Source of the DNA: Malacoraja senta
Lineage: Eukaryota
DNA: 64,000 nucleotides
NCBI GenBank assembly: GCA_038087875.1
Contig: CM075989.1
Location: 13,518,001 to 13,582,000, forward strand
Reading direction: 5' to 3'
Shown here: piece after piece, positions 11,111 through 24,454 of the stretch
Position numbering within the stretch: position 1 is the first letter of the stretch
How the letters are laid out: every line of letters starts with the position of its first letter
Notes under the pieces: generated by a model
What the model was told of the DNA's origin: nothing
Seen by the model: only the letters and a program-made list of their open reading frames with translations
Database searches by the model: none
Made by a program: the position numbers and the translations under genes

Positions 11111-11667
11111 TTTTTTTTTTCATTTTTTTTTTTTCATTTTTCATATCTATGCCAATGTAGCGCTAAAAGTTTTGCATAACCTTACTCAGGTTTTTCCCGT
11201 CATCGATCTTGTCAAGTTTCCTTCAGATTTGATGTTATATTTCATGTTATTGATATTTAAAGGTTTAAAAAAAAGTCGACTTTAAAAAGATTTTTACTGT
11301 TAAATCCTTGCAGTCCCAGCTTACAACAAACTTCCATACAAAGTTGCAATCCAAGAACACTCTGTGCTTCCACCAAGTTTTCACCTGAATGGAATCTCAC
11401 AGTCCCCCGACATTTGCAACAATGTTGCCATCATAGAACACTAACTCCTGCTACTGCCAGTACAGGAGGGGAGGGTCCAGGGGAAGTGGAATTGGAAGTG
11501 CTGGGGGAGGCAGGGGAAGTGGAATTGGATTTTTTTTAAAGTCCAGTGCTGAGGAGGCAGGGGAATGGTGGAATCTTATGTTGGGGAATGGGTTGCGTTG
11601 GGGGACCAGGCCTCCCCTGGGGCCATGGGTGAGTGGTGAAATATTGCGTTGGTCCTACTTGGTCTAG
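11103..11667 (+). mobile_element. Non-autonomous Helitron-like element, tandem copy 1
   Basis: Diverged duplicate of 11668-12296. Ends in CTTGGTCTAG|T. The 5' boundary is approximate. Confidence 0.65.
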
Positions 11668-12296
11668 TATACCATTAAAGTCTTCTATTGTTTCTGTGTG
11701 TGTGTGATGGTATCTACACCAAAAAGGTATACGGTAGCGCTACATTTTTTGCAGAACCTTACTCTGCTTTTTCCCGTCGTTGCCCTTGTCAAGTTTCCTT
11801 CAGATCTGATGTTATATTTCACAAGTTATTAATATTTAATGGTTTAAAAAAGCCAACTTTAAAAAGATTTTTACTGTTAAATCCTTGCAGCCACAGCCTA
11901 CAACAAAATTCCATACAAAATTGCAATCCAGGAACACTCTGTGCTTCCACCTGAATGGAATCTCACAGTCCCCCAATATTTGCAACAATGTTGCCATCCG
12001 AGAACCCTTACTCCTGTTCCTGCCAACGCAGGAGGGGGAGGGGCCAGGGGAAGTGGATTTGGAATTGGAAACGCTGGGTGAGGCAGGGGAAGTGCAATTG
12101 GATTTTTTAAAAGTCCAGTGCTGGGGGAGGCAGGGGAGTTGTGGAATCTTACGTTGCGGGAACGGGTTGTGCTGGGGGATCAGGCCTGCAGTGGGGGCTA
12201 TGGGTAAGTGGTGGAATATTGCGTTGGGGGAACGGGTTGCGTTGGGGGACCAGGCCTCCCGTCTGACCAGGACCCAACTGGTCCCACTTGGTCTAG
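11668..12296 (+). mobile_element. Non-autonomous Helitron-like element, tandem copy 2
   Basis: 3' GGACCCAACTGGTCCC hairpin followed by ACTTGGTCTAG|T. Same termini as the elements at 36520 and 45626. Confidence 0.7.
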
Positions 12297-12839
12297 TAAA
12301 ATATAAAACGCTATACAATGACAATTCTAGATAGAATAAATAGCCAGATTATGTTTCCATTGTAGAGGTGTCTACAATTATACGACATATAATTAAGATG
12401 GGAGGAAGTTTTTAAAGGGGGTAATATATATCTGGAATCTGGAATGAGCTCTGGGAGGAGGTGATGGAGGCAGGAAGAGTAAAAAAAAAGAGGCATTGTG
12501 ATAGGTACTTGAATGAGCAGGGTGTAGTGAGCTACGTAATTAAAACAGGTAAGTTGGATCTGCATGAATAGGCACAATGTTGGGATAGGATGGGGGAGGG
12601 GGAGGCGGGGGAATGGACACCCAGATGGAAAAGCGCTTAGTGTTGCTGCAGCGTCACGCATTTGAATGGCAAGCCGTTGAGTTTGGTCCCTTTCGCCAGC
12701 TGGATGCGGGGGATCGTGCAGGGCGGCACGACACCTCTCCACCCCCATCCTGTCTCCCCGCCACCTCTGTTGGGAGGGTGCTGAGGCGAAGGCCTCGATA
12801 AGATTTCTAAGTTTGGACATCTTCAGGATCCGGTGAAAG

Positions 12840-12895
12840 GTCAGGCGGGGCCGTCAATAGCAGCCAATAGGAGCTGGGACAAGACTATAAAGGGG
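12840..12895 (+). promoter_or_regulatory. GATM: GATM core promoter
   Basis: GC box near 12844, CCAAT 12864-12868 and TATAAA 12886-12891, about 100 nt upstream of the ATG in a CpG-rich stretch. Confidence 0.7.
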
Positions 12896-12988
12896 CGGCT
12901 TGGCGAGAGCTCCGAGCAAGGGAAAGGTTGCTCCGGCTTTAGGCAGCGCGACCGCAGACCAGGAACACGCGGCAGGCAGCGAAGGACC

Positions 12989-13057
12989 ATGATCCGAGTG
13001 AGGTGTCTCCGCGGAGGTAGCAGAGGTGCAGAGTCAGCCCATTTCTTAGGAGCTCTG
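12989..13057 (+). CDS. GATM: Glycine amidinotransferase exon 1 (mitochondrial transit peptide)
   Basis: MIRVRCLRGGSRGAESAHFLGAL, ACCATGA start context, GTCAGT donor, 69 nt. Confidence 0.95.
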
Positions 13058-16000
13058 GTCAGTATGCCCTGTCCCTTCCTCTCGAATGTGCCGATGCAAG
13101 GATCCCAACACCGGCGCTTCGCCTCAAGGCTGCAGTTAGGACAGCAAACAACCGGTCTTCTAACAAAGCGCTGGTTTCAGCATCCTGCCCGGCCCGACAA
13201 ACCTCACCAGGGAAATGTACAGCAAGTTCACAGATTCTAAATTCCACTCGAGATCATACATTTAAAATCGGCTTTGCTGGGGTACAAAATGAGTTTTAGG
13301 AAATTGAAATTAAAGCCAAAACTAAAATTCGCAAAACAGAACGAACGAAATGGTAGTATGTTGAACTCAGTCAAAATCAAACATCTAAAAACTACAAGAA
13401 TAAGTTAATAACGGAAAGAACATCCGAAGAGTGAAACAACAGACCGAATGTTTCTGACTGTAGCGTGTGAGGGTGAGCGTTCACATGCGAACGCTTTGGG
13501 GAAGGTCTGACAACGCAGAGTTGTTTTTTATCATTAAATTATCAATACCAACAATGCACCGTGACAAAACAGTACCCAGGTCAGTGTTGGATTCCGGGGG
13601 CTCGGGAGCACTTCGGCATTTCAGTGCACTTTCCGGCAGCAGTATCTTGAATCCCGACGATTCCCCTGCCGTTGAGTGAGAATTGGCTGACGGCTGGTTA
13701 AATCTGACTGGGACTGAAATTCCCACCCAATCAGTTCATTTCCGATTAACTTTTCATCCGTGTCTCAAATTTCTGGGACAGGTTAACCTGGGGGAATCCT
13801 CTCCTTTATCAAGATTCGCTCTTGAAAGTCTGAGGCAATACAAGAAGCCGATCGCAATTCTTTAAGAATTTAGACTGAAGCTGTTCATTAAAGTATTGTA
13901 TAAATCACACCAGATGTTTGTTTGGACGGGTGGGATTACTTCACGCTGCAATATCTACCATTTACTGTGTTTTGAGACAACTATTTCCTACTTCATGAAC
14001 AAAATCATACCGAGCATTAAAGGAAAAGAAAGGTTTCCATTTCAATAGTGGGGAGAAAACGATCTAGAAAATATTAGCGTTGACAATAACATTTAAGCCA
14101 ACGAGTTGGAAGCGTGGCCAATAATCTAAGGTGGGTGGGGGCACAAGAGTCTAATTAAAGAACAGAAGAAATGAAAACGGCAGCAATTTCACTCAATAAA
14201 CCCAGGATAATTTCTCCAACAAAATCCTGTTAGTGAAGATAGTTGTATTAAACTCTGCATTCATTCAATGACAGTTCGTTTCAGTGTTATGATCTCTGGG
14301 CTAATGGACAATGAATGTTGATTGTGTTCAGTGATAGGAAGGATGCGTTTGGGACCTTGCTTTAATGAACAGACCTTTGGAGAACAGTAGTTCTCCTTTA
14401 TGATAAAACTAAAGATATGATTCAAACGGTCAGTATGGATGCAGAGGATTGAAGGGTACTATTCTGTTCTCTACAACTCCGTGTTTAATGTAACCTTCAC
14501 ATCTGTAGGAATGCAGAGGGATAACAGAAGCTTGTGGAGGAGCCCTGAGAACTTTCATACAATTATGTGCCAGGACGGATTTATTTTGAAGGCCATTCAG
14601 ATATGAGCCAATCTGCTTTCTGTTTAGATATTTTACTTCAATCTGGAATCTGTCCAGTTGTAAACACATTTTCATTCTGCTGGCAGTCTTTAATGCGTTT
14701 AACATCACAAGAAAATGAAAGTGAACTTCAAATGAGAACAATGTGCGAGAGACAACAAATGTTACAAGCGACATTTTGCGTCCAGCGTACCTACGATTAG
14801 GTAGATGTGCCTGGCAGAAACGGCAAATTATTGAACACCAGCTCTGAGCCGAAGTTGTTGCATAACAGGCTACACGTAGTGAAGAAGGAGATCAAGTTAA
14901 CTGAAGCTTCAGTCCCAACATTCTCAGTCCCTGTGGGAATGTATCTCCTCCCAATCTGGCCTAGTTGAGACTGAAGCGTTATCACACGGTGATTTCTAAA
15001 AAATATCTTTTAAGTTAGAACTGCAGAAGTAAATTACCACAACATACTGCTAGGAAAATGTAAACTAAAACAATGCCGCTGTTATTGTTCAATGTGCTGA
15101 TGAGGATTTAATTGTCCTGTATTTTTTCTGGAAGTAACGCTAGGTTTTTCCCTGATTTTCTTTTAGAAAATTGAAACATTAAATGGGAAAGGATAGCCTG
15201 GGTTCTTTTTGAGTAATAAGTTCATAAGTTATAGGAGAAGAATTAGGCCATTTGGCCCATTAAGTTTATGCCATTCAATTATGACTGATCTATCTTTCTC
15301 TCTCAACCCCATTCTCCTGCCTTCTCCCTGTGTACCCCTGACACCCGCACTGAGAAGCTGTCAATCTCCACCTTAAAAATATCCATTCACTTGGCTTCCA
15401 GCCTTCTGTGGTGCTCTGAGTGCTGCTCATACATTCCACTTAGCCTGGCATTCCCTTTCACAAGTCTTGGCCTCACTGCACCAAAAATAGAAATGTCGCG
15501 ACCAGCAATTTCCCTTTAACAGCTGATCCAGAAAAGGTTTGAAAGAAGATATGTCTTTCAGATACACTAGCTGTAATATGAATGACCATAAAAGTTTGAG
15601 TGTACATGAGAAATTATCAGGCTGCAAAGTACTAAAATGCCATTCACTCTTTTTCACTTTCTAGTACAGGGTGGAAACAGACAGCATGTGCAAATACACA
15701 GTGCTGGCAGTGCAATGAACATAATTTATCATTTAGTGCGTGAATAGGGAGATGCAGAATGAGCTTGACATTCTGCCTGAGTGAATAGAATTAATATTAT
15801 TAAACTGATTGAATGTAGAAACCACAATTTTCATTAGTGCAAAATAGACTCTCCACAGCTGTCCTTTAGTGCTGGGTCTTTACGATAGTTGTTAATACAC
15901 TTTATTTCAGCAACCTTCGAATGTAATCTCTGCCATTTCCAGAAGACCAACCTGAGCGGTGGGGAAGAGTAACTCATGGTTTGTACATGGCATATACAAA

Positions 16001-16809
16001 GGTTTATTAATTACAATATATTGATGCGTCAGGATTGGCTTCTAATAACTGAAAATGTCCAGGTTTTAATGTGACTGGGAATTGCCTCCTGCTGCATTGT
16101 CTATGGGTCGCAGGAGGTAAGGATTCCTTTCCAATCACCTCTTCATACTCTAGGAGAAATATCATAAAAGCATCAAAATATTGTGCTGTGTTTTTCATTC
16201 ATGTTGAAAAATTTCATTTATTGCTTGTACAAATATTGGTGGAAAGATTGAAAACAAATGGGTTGACTGATAGTTTTCAACCCAAATATTTACAGGATGA
16301 GGGTAGGTGGGTGTTGGTCAATGCCTAGGTGAGGGTGTGTGCTGGGCAATGTCCAGATGGGGTGCTCGTTTAGCAGTGTCTTGGTGGGACTGGGTGGTGA
16401 CAGAGCCAGGGCAGTAGTGGATATTTGGCAGGGATGGGGGGAGTGGATGGGTGCTGGGAAGTGCGCAGGTGGTGGGCAGTGCAGGGGGGTTGGGGTACTA
16501 AGCAGTACCAGGGTGGGGATGGGAATAGGTGCTGGTCAGTGCCCTGCATGAATGGTATAGGAGGTCATATGAGGTCACACACAGCCATATACTCCCTGGT
16601 TTGTCTATTCCAGCTGTGAAGCTCCCTTCCGCAGAAGCCCAACAATCTACTGTTCCTTATACAATTGTGATGACGTAATTTAACTGGCAGTTCTAACTGT
16701 GCTTGTCCCACTGCCTCGGAAATCCAACGATGGATGAAGGATCCATTTTTAGCTCATGATAGTAGCCAAGTCTCAGCATTTTCTGATGTTTCAGCCTTGT
16801 GTCTTTCAG

Positions 16810-17046
16810 ATTGGACGGGCCGTTGCAGGATGGGTGCAGAAAACGTTCCAAAGCACTCGGGCTGCTGCTGCTGCTACTACAGCTAAGAGTTCCTGTGTTG
16901 CAGATGATGATCACAAGGACCAGGCTACTGATACACTGGCCAAAGAGTGTCCCGTCTGCTCCTACAATGAGTGGGACCCACTTGAAGAAGTGATTGTTGG
17001 GAGACCAGAAAATGCATGTGTACCCCCTTTCACAATGGAAGTGAAG
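16810..17046 (+). CDS. GATM: GATM exon 2
   Basis: [16 protein letters not shown]...[37 protein letters not shown] ends, 237 nt. Confidence 0.97.
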
Positions 17047-18642
17047 GTTTGTATTGAGTCCATGAGGAAAGAGGTCAAGGGAGGTTCACAAATATCTATA
17101 TATTTCTAAATCTCTATAACATCATGCCTCAGCTGCCTACATTCCAATGAAAATAAACCCAGCCTATCCAATCCCTCCTTTAACTATAGTCCTCCATTCC
17201 AGGCAACATCCTGGTGAATTGTCTACACTATCTCTATTGCTGTCACTGCTTCCTGTTGTGTGACAACAAAATTGCACACAATACACTAAATGCATTCTAA
17301 CCAATAGTATGTACAATTGCAACATAACATACCAACTCTTATACTCAATGCCTGTCAATGAAGGCAGGCAGATCAAATTCCAGCTGCGTTTATTTTCTTG
17401 CGCCCCAAGGTTTCTCTGTGCATCATCACTCCCTATGGTCCCTGCATTTACTCTACGTATATCCTACCAGAATTTGACTTCCCAAAATGCATTACCTCAT
17501 ACTTGTCTGGATTAAATACCATCTGCCACCTAATTTTCCAGCTGATCAATGTCCCACTGTATCTTTCCACATCTTTCTATGCTGTCCTTGACACCCAATT
17601 TTCATGTGATTTGCAAATGTACTAATCAGACCACCTACAATCTCATCCATGTCATTTATATATATTCCAAAAAACACTGCAAGTCAGACATCTACTGAAG
17701 CCCAGGGCTAGTGCTGCTAACTAGTGGGTTAATTCCAATTATTAGTGCAGTGATTAATCTCTTACCACTTCAATCAGTTGGAACAAAAATTAAAGCATCA
17801 TCTTACATTATCTTTATTAAAAATATCAAAGAGTTTAAACAAATTAAATAATGTTCAAGAAGTTTCAAATTAAAATGCTTGTTTTAAAAATGCATTCATT
17901 TACTGAATAGCATAATTCTCGGTAACAATTCAGTTGAACTGCAGAAACTGATTTCCATTCATGCTCATAAATAAAAGCTGCGCAGCTGAAGGTGGGGAGG
18001 GGGGTGAGAGTAAGGATGGAGTGAGGAGGTAGGTCAGGATAGGGGTGAGCATGCAGGAGCTGGTGAGGGTGAGGATGAAAGTATGGGTGGGTGTGAGAGA
18101 GTAGGTAAGGATGTGTGTGAGAGTAAGGGAGCATGTGAGAGTAATGGAGCGGGTGAGAGTGAAGATGGGGGTGAGGGGAAATAGGAAAAATGTAGCTGCA
18201 GGTTTGCTTCATTTGATGGACTGTTTTTCTCAAAAAATGAAAAATGTAAGTTGTTATATGGCACCTAGTTCATAAAATAAATTATTTGTGACTGAAGAAT
18301 CTTTTGTGACTTGGATAATGGACCAAATGAGGTAAAGACTAATTACTCTGTTTCTGGTGGAAAAGGTTGAGAGAAGAAATTTGAGCCCAGGAGAACCCCT
18401 TGCTCTGCAAACCCCAGGGCCAACCTTTGACAGAAGCATGATTTTGAAAATCACCTGAAATAATGTTGCACTCCCCCAGCAATAGACTGGAGTGTCAGCA
18501 GAAAAAATATCCTTTGGGAGTGAAACCCCCAAATTGGCCATCAAACCCAGTACCATAGAAATTGATCATTTAATAAAAAATGACAGTTCTCTCATTTCCT
18601 ACTAATTGCAAAGACTGCCCTGATGAACGTTTCCTGTTTCAG

Positions 18643-18838
18643 GCCAATACCTATGAGAAATATTGGCCCTTCTACCAGCAATATGGAGGCCAGAGATTTC
18701 CTAAAGAGCACATAAGCAAAGCTGTTGCCGAGATTGAAGAGATGTGTAATGTACTCCGTGGTGAGGGAGTGGTTGTCAAGCACCCAGAGATTATCAACTG
18801 GTCTGAGAATTATAATACACCAGACTTTAAATCTACAG
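18643..18838 (+). CDS. GATM: GATM exon 3
   Basis: [12 protein letters not shown]...TPDFKST, AG/GT ends, 196 nt. Confidence 0.97.
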
Positions 18839-19169
18839 GTAAATTGATTTTTTATTTGGTTAAAATATTGTCTAAGACAATGAATGATGAATTCAACTTT
18901 AGCTTCTATTTGGTAAGAAATAAAAACAGATACTGCTGTAATCATTTAACAGGTCAGGTAGCATCTGTGGAGAGAGAAACAGAAATGCTTGAAGTTAAAG
19001 ACTCTTTATTGGGTCTTTGACATGAAATGTTGATTGTTTCTCATTCCACAGATGCTGCCTGAACCGTTGAACGTTTCCAGCATTTTCTGGTTTTCTTTCA
19101 GATGTCTACCACCTACAGTTTTTTATTCATATTCAGTAGGTACGAGTGCTTGTTGAGGTGCAGCTAACT

Positions 19170-19668
19170 TTTTTTTTTTTTTTTAATTTTTATTTTATTA
19201 GAAGTAAGTACAATTGTATACAATCATATTTTCATAATACCTTTTATGTACAGCTTCTTATTTAAATTTTTTTTTGAAATAAAGAAGAAAAAGAAAAAAG
19301 TTAGATAATGAAAAATAGAAAAATGTGAGATATATAGTGTGTGAAAAGGAAAAATAAAGAATGAAAAAAGAAAGTTGAGACATAGAAAATAGAAGAAAGA
19401 GAATAAAAGAAAAGAAGAGAAGAAAAGAAAATAGAAGGAGATCATTTATAATCTTGACCATTCGCAGTCACGGATTAGCTTTTACACCTGTTTTGCACCA
19501 TACGTTTCCAAAAAGATGACAAATGGAGACCAACTCGTTATGAATTGGTCAAATTTATCTATTAGGAGGAATCGCATTTCCTCAAGATGTGCGGTATCCA
19601 ACATACTTGCAATCCACATTTTGAGCGTTGGTATTGGTGTATTTTTCCAAAATTTCCAAAATTTCAAT
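19170..19668 (-). mobile_element. 5'-truncated L1 3' end with poly(A) and TSD in GATM intron 3
   Basis: Poly-T at the left end, ORF2 C-terminus KFWKNTPIPTLKMWI...HLEEMRF...WSPF, and TSD AGGTGCAGCTAACT (19156-19169 and 19669-19682). Confidence 0.88.
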
Positions 19669-20249
19669 AGGTGCAGCTAACTCATAAGGACCCATCTCCA
19701 TTTCATCACTTCTTACAAAGGATGTTTGGAGGCTCTGGGTAAACTTCCACCATCCCTATCCACCAACTTTGCTTTCAAAGCAGTTCTTTGCTCCTGACAA
19801 TTTTGAATCCGTCTCTCTGCCACTGCACCCCTGCCAGGCAGTTATTTTGTGAGGTCTGCCAATGATTTAACCACAAAATAAACCAGATGATCACACTTCA
19901 GCTGAACAGCGAATCAATCTACTGCCCAAGCAGAGATTGGTACCACAGGAAATATGTTCTCCCTTTAACCAGGTCCTTTGCAGCAATCGTATTGATGACA
20001 GAAACATAGTGACCAGAGAAGACTATTCGTCTGTAGAGCCTGTTCCATCACAGTATTATATTTTCATGCTCTGAATGTGGGTGTCACTATTAATGCAAGC
20101 AGTTTTTCCTCACATGCTGAAAAACCATTAGACGGGGCTGTTGATGAGGCACCTACTAGAACTGCTATATGTGTGATGTTGGGATTCACTTTTGGCAGGT
20201 ATTGACCGGCCTTTGTGGCATTACTAATTCAGTGAAGTCAAGCAAGGTA

Positions 20250-20950
20250 ACTTTATTAAAGTTTGCTATTGATAAAGTGAGTCATGAGGAAGATGTAGTA
20301 TCTACAAAGAGATATAAACAATTTATGTAAATGGGCAAATGTTTGGCAGATGGAGTATAATGTGGAGAAATGTAAAGCTGTCAGCTTTGGAAGGGAGAAG
20401 ATATATTATTTAAATGGTGTGAAACTATTGAATTCCAGTGTTCAAAGTGAGCTGCATGACTGCATGGATAAAATCCTCATGCAAACAACTTGGAAGACAA
20501 ATGGAACGCTGGCCTTCAGTGCAAAACTAAGATAAAAGAAGATTGATTTTACCACAAATTTATAGGACTTTGAGAGCTCTTCTAGAACTTTGCTTAGGAT
20601 TGGTCTGCTTATTTAAGGAAGGATAATTTGCCTTGGATACAGATTTAGTCTCTGGGTCCAGGTGACTGAGATGATGTTTTGAAACCAAGGAGGATTGACT
20701 GGATGGATGCTGTGAGGGTGCTTGGTAGTGTGCAGAACTTTCAGATGAGCGATCACCAATTTAAGATGGAGATGAGGAGAAATTCTTCTCTCAGATGGTC
20801 GTGAATTCACCACCATAGAAAACTGTAGGAATGGAGTCACTGATTTATTCAGGTCTGGAATAGCAATACTTTTGGTCAACGGGGAGGGGGTGTGTTGGGG
20901 ATTAGTCAGAAAAATGGAATTGAAGTCAATAACCAAATTAGCCATAGTTT
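20250..20950 (+). mobile_element. Old CR1 LINE 3' fragment
   Basis: Degenerate KWA..WQMEYNVEKCK motif and CR1-like downstream sequence. Boundaries approximate. Confidence 0.6.
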
Positions 20951-21385
20951 TACTGACCGATACTACATGGCCCGGGGACTGACTGCTCAAAAGAATCCAA
21001 CAGACTCAATTTTCCAGGTTTCAATTGACCTAGAACCGACAGTCTTTGAGGAGAGACTGCCTTTTACTAAGGTTTAGAACAAATGAGGCAGCAGGTCCCC
21101 TTTTCTCATATCCTGGTCCCTTGAGATGTTCTATGAGCTCTTCAGGGCAGGAAGACACTTCTGGAATGTTTCAAATCAGAGTTCCTCAGCACTGAATCAT
21201 TGTACAGTGGATCATTGTGATAATGGTAATTGGGATATGTGGAGGTGAACTGGAAGTCTTAATATTGATATCCATGATAAACATTAAGGCCTCCCAGCCA
21301 CCCGTCCAATGATAAACTGTTTTCATACTTTGAGTCTCACGGTGTTGCAGTGGACATTGCCCATAAGTTTATTCTCTCCTCTCAG

Positions 21386-21576
21386 GCATGTACGCTGCCA
21401 TGCCAAGGGACATACTGCTGGTGGTTGGCAATGAAATCATTGAGGCGCCGATGGCATGGAGGGCTCGTTTCTTTGAATATAGGGCATATCGGCCACTCAT
21501 TAAGGATTACTTTCTGCGTGGAGCCAAGTGGACAACTGCCCCCAAACCACAAATGTCGGACAAGCTGTACAACATG
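21386..21576 (+). CDS. GATM: GATM exon 4
   Basis: [36 protein letters not shown]...KLYNM, 191 nt, AG/GT ends. Confidence 0.97.
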
Positions 21577-22284
21577 GTAAGTCAGGAGTGGTGCTCTCAA
21601 GTGGGAGGCTCATTGAGGCAGAGTACATCTTACACCAGAATGAATGATCAGGAAGGGAATTCTCTCAAGTCCCAATGTGTGTAAGGGAGTAGGGGTTGGA
21701 GATCTGGGAAGGGGATAAGGAAGAGTCAGGGCTCTAGTCATTCTATGGATGCTATGAGGACATGTTCACCCATAGTATTAAGGACATGTGCACAAGCTTG
21801 ATTACATTCACCTTGTCGGGAGGGGTTGGGGGAGAGGACACTAGTCACAACAATGCTGGTGAAGCCAGTCTCTAATCCCATCGGAGGTATGATCACTAGA
21901 TCTTTGCCTCCAATCTTTCTGCCCAGTTATCTCTTTCTTTCCCAACTGCAATATTTTAAAGTAATTGACTTTAATTTAAAGAAAATATTTTTTTGAAAAT
22001 GCACGAGTTTTCTTGCGAGTTGATTACAGCAGTAACTCAGAAGCAAGCCTTTGATCATTGGAGAGTGACAACATTTTTTAAATCCGCAACACCAGTCAGA
22101 GGCTACAAAACATTCAGCTATGGAAACCTGATGAACTCCCCATCAAAGCAGAATAGTTCCACAGCATGGCACTGGGGGAGGACCTGGAATTTGTGTTCTA
22201 TGGGGAGCGACGTCATGTTTTGCGTTCTGAATGTTGTCTTTGTGCAGTGGGAATCTGGATGTGAGCCAAGTGTTTCTTGTGCAG

Positions 22285-22422
22285 GAGTACCCTATTTTCT
22301 CCGTGGAAGACAGAAACAAGCTGGCTGCTGAAGGGAAATTTGTGACCACCGAGTTTGAACCCTGCTTTGATGCTGCTGATTTCATGAGAGCTGGGAAGGA
22401 TATATTTGTACAAAGGAGTCAG
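22285..22422 (+). CDS. GATM: GATM exon 5
   Basis: [10 protein letters not shown]...[22 protein letters not shown] (catalytic Asp region), 138 nt. Confidence 0.97.
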
Positions 22423-22653
22423 GTAGGCACATTCTGTCAGCTTCACTTTGCCCTCGTCAATGTCTAATTGTTTCAGTATTCCGTCCAACCTTGGCTGGCA
22501 GTATTAGTGAGATAATTGGACATCAGTCGTTTCTCTCATGCAAGTTCTATTCCCACTGCATTCAGCCTAGCCTCTGATTACGTGAATCACCTTTGTTTAT
22601 TGCTCAGATGCATTGTATATTACACAATGTGATGAGATTGTTTTATTTTACAG

Positions 22654-22818
22654 GTGACTAATTTCATGGGGATTGAGTGGATGCGAAGACATCTTGCTCC
22701 GACATACAACGTTCACACCATCTCCTTCAAGGATCCAAACCCTATGCATATCGATGCAACTTTCAATATAATCGGACCTGGTTTGGTTTTATCAAACCCT
22801 GACCGTCCCTGTCATCAA
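22654..22818 (+). CDS. GATM: GATM exon 6
   Basis: [14 protein letters not shown]...[11 protein letters not shown]...RPCHQ (catalytic His), 165 nt. Confidence 0.97.
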
Positions 22819-23256
22819 GTAAGGTTGCCTAGAAGTATGAGTTTAATTTGAGTAAAGGATTCAGGATTAGATTTTTAAAACTTGTGTCAGTGTTAAGTGT
22901 TTTCATTTGCTTTTAAATACCAATCCATTCCAGCTTAAGAACTTACAGAAAATCATGTCTGAGCCGAGAGCCTCATCCTAAACTTCTCAACAATAATTAG
23001 TATTTCCACACAGTCCTTCTATTGCAGTCATTAAAACTGTGTTAAAGCTGGGCTATTTCACCCCCAGCAGTAACCTGAAATAGTTATTGCAGAATATGTT
23101 CGGGTCTGTGGTTTTTGTAGTCCAAGAATATATTGATGATACAGGAATTTGATATGAATGGTATTTATGTTGTGTATCTCTGCTTGTGTAGAAGATGGGC
23201 GCCAAAGGCTAATACACTGATCCCTCACTCATTCACTTTCACCTTATAACTTTCAG

Positions 23257-23320
23257 ATCGAGGTCTTCAAAAATGCTGGCTGGACTATCATCTCTCCCCC
23301 TACTCCTCTGATACCAGACG
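23257..23320 (+). CDS. GATM: GATM exon 7
   Basis: IEVFKNAGWTIISPPTPLIPD, 64 nt, AG/GT ends. Not in the ORF track. Confidence 0.95.
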
Positions 23321-24337
23321 GTAAATACAAAAGCTTTATTTAACCCATAAAACTTGTCAGACAAACACAGGCACTTCAATCTAGTTTGATCAATAATTTA
23401 TTATGGGATCAATGGCTCGAGTGCTTGGGTTAGTACAAATGTGGTAGATACCCTTATCTTCAGCCGGTACAACCTGCCAGAAATCAGCCGAACTCAGATA
23501 AACAAATCAGTGACTTTTAAGCCATAGTTCAATTCTGTGTAAAATTAATTTCCATTATCCTTTCCACTAATATAAGAGCCATGGGTGACAGTCAACATAC
23601 AAGCTGGGCTGAGCTTATGCTAAAAGTATTTGATGCAATCTTTTCAAAATGTTCTTAAAATTCCATCCTTTAAGGTAATAATCATGTTTTAGAAATTTAT
23701 TACAGACGAATGACTAGAAATCCTTCTGTATGTATTTTGTGTATTGAAGCAAGGCTAGTGTGGGCTGCACAGCCTGTGTCAGGACCCAGGCTCCAAGGTC
23801 TTACCGGACACAATGCTGCACAGGTCACTGTGACAGGTTCCCACACTGCACGGCACTCAAAGACCAAATTCAATATTTATCTCCTGCAGGCAGCGAGCTA
23901 TTGAATGTTGGACAGTAGACTGGGCTGGGATGGATAGGAGACGATTAGGGTTGAGGAGAGATTATGGGTTGAGTTTTGGGAGAGGATTAGGGAGACTCTA
24001 GGGTGAGTGGAGGGGTCTATCAGAGTAGTGACTCCCTTGAGGAGGATTGATGTCTTGGAGACCCCAGCTCTGGCCTGGTAGCGAGTGGGGTAATTGACGT
24101 TCTGAATTTGGGTAATCAAATTTGTTTGCATAGGATGGGCAGAGTGTGTGCTGTGTTCTGGTTGTAGATGGTATGTATTATATGCAAATGTTAAATGTCT
24201 ATTTTGCAAAATGACAAGGAAACAATTCTTCTGACAAAAAAATTAAAATCTTGGTGGCCAATTTGTGAAATAATTTTTGTACTTGAGGTCCAATCTTATG
24301 TTTTGCCCCTCCACAACCCTACATCCCCACCCTCCAG

Positions 24338-24454
24338 ATCACCCTTTGTGGATGTCTTCAAAGTGGCTGTCCATGAACGTTCTGATGCTGGATGAGAAGC
24401 GAGTGATGGTTGAAAAGAATGAGACCAGCATTCATAAGATGTTTGAAAAACTAG
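24338..24454 (+). CDS. GATM: GATM exon 8
   Basis: [26 protein letters not shown]...MFEKL, 117 nt. Confidence 0.97.

Noticed and set aside
12311..12820. 169-aa minus-strand ORF as HDC exon 1/2 or a divergent gene
   Set aside because: No recognisable similarity to HDC or SPATA5L1; likely a chance ORF in GC-rich promoter DNA.
17865..18264. His/Pro-rich ORFs
   Set aside because: Low-complexity GA/GT-rich intronic tract.
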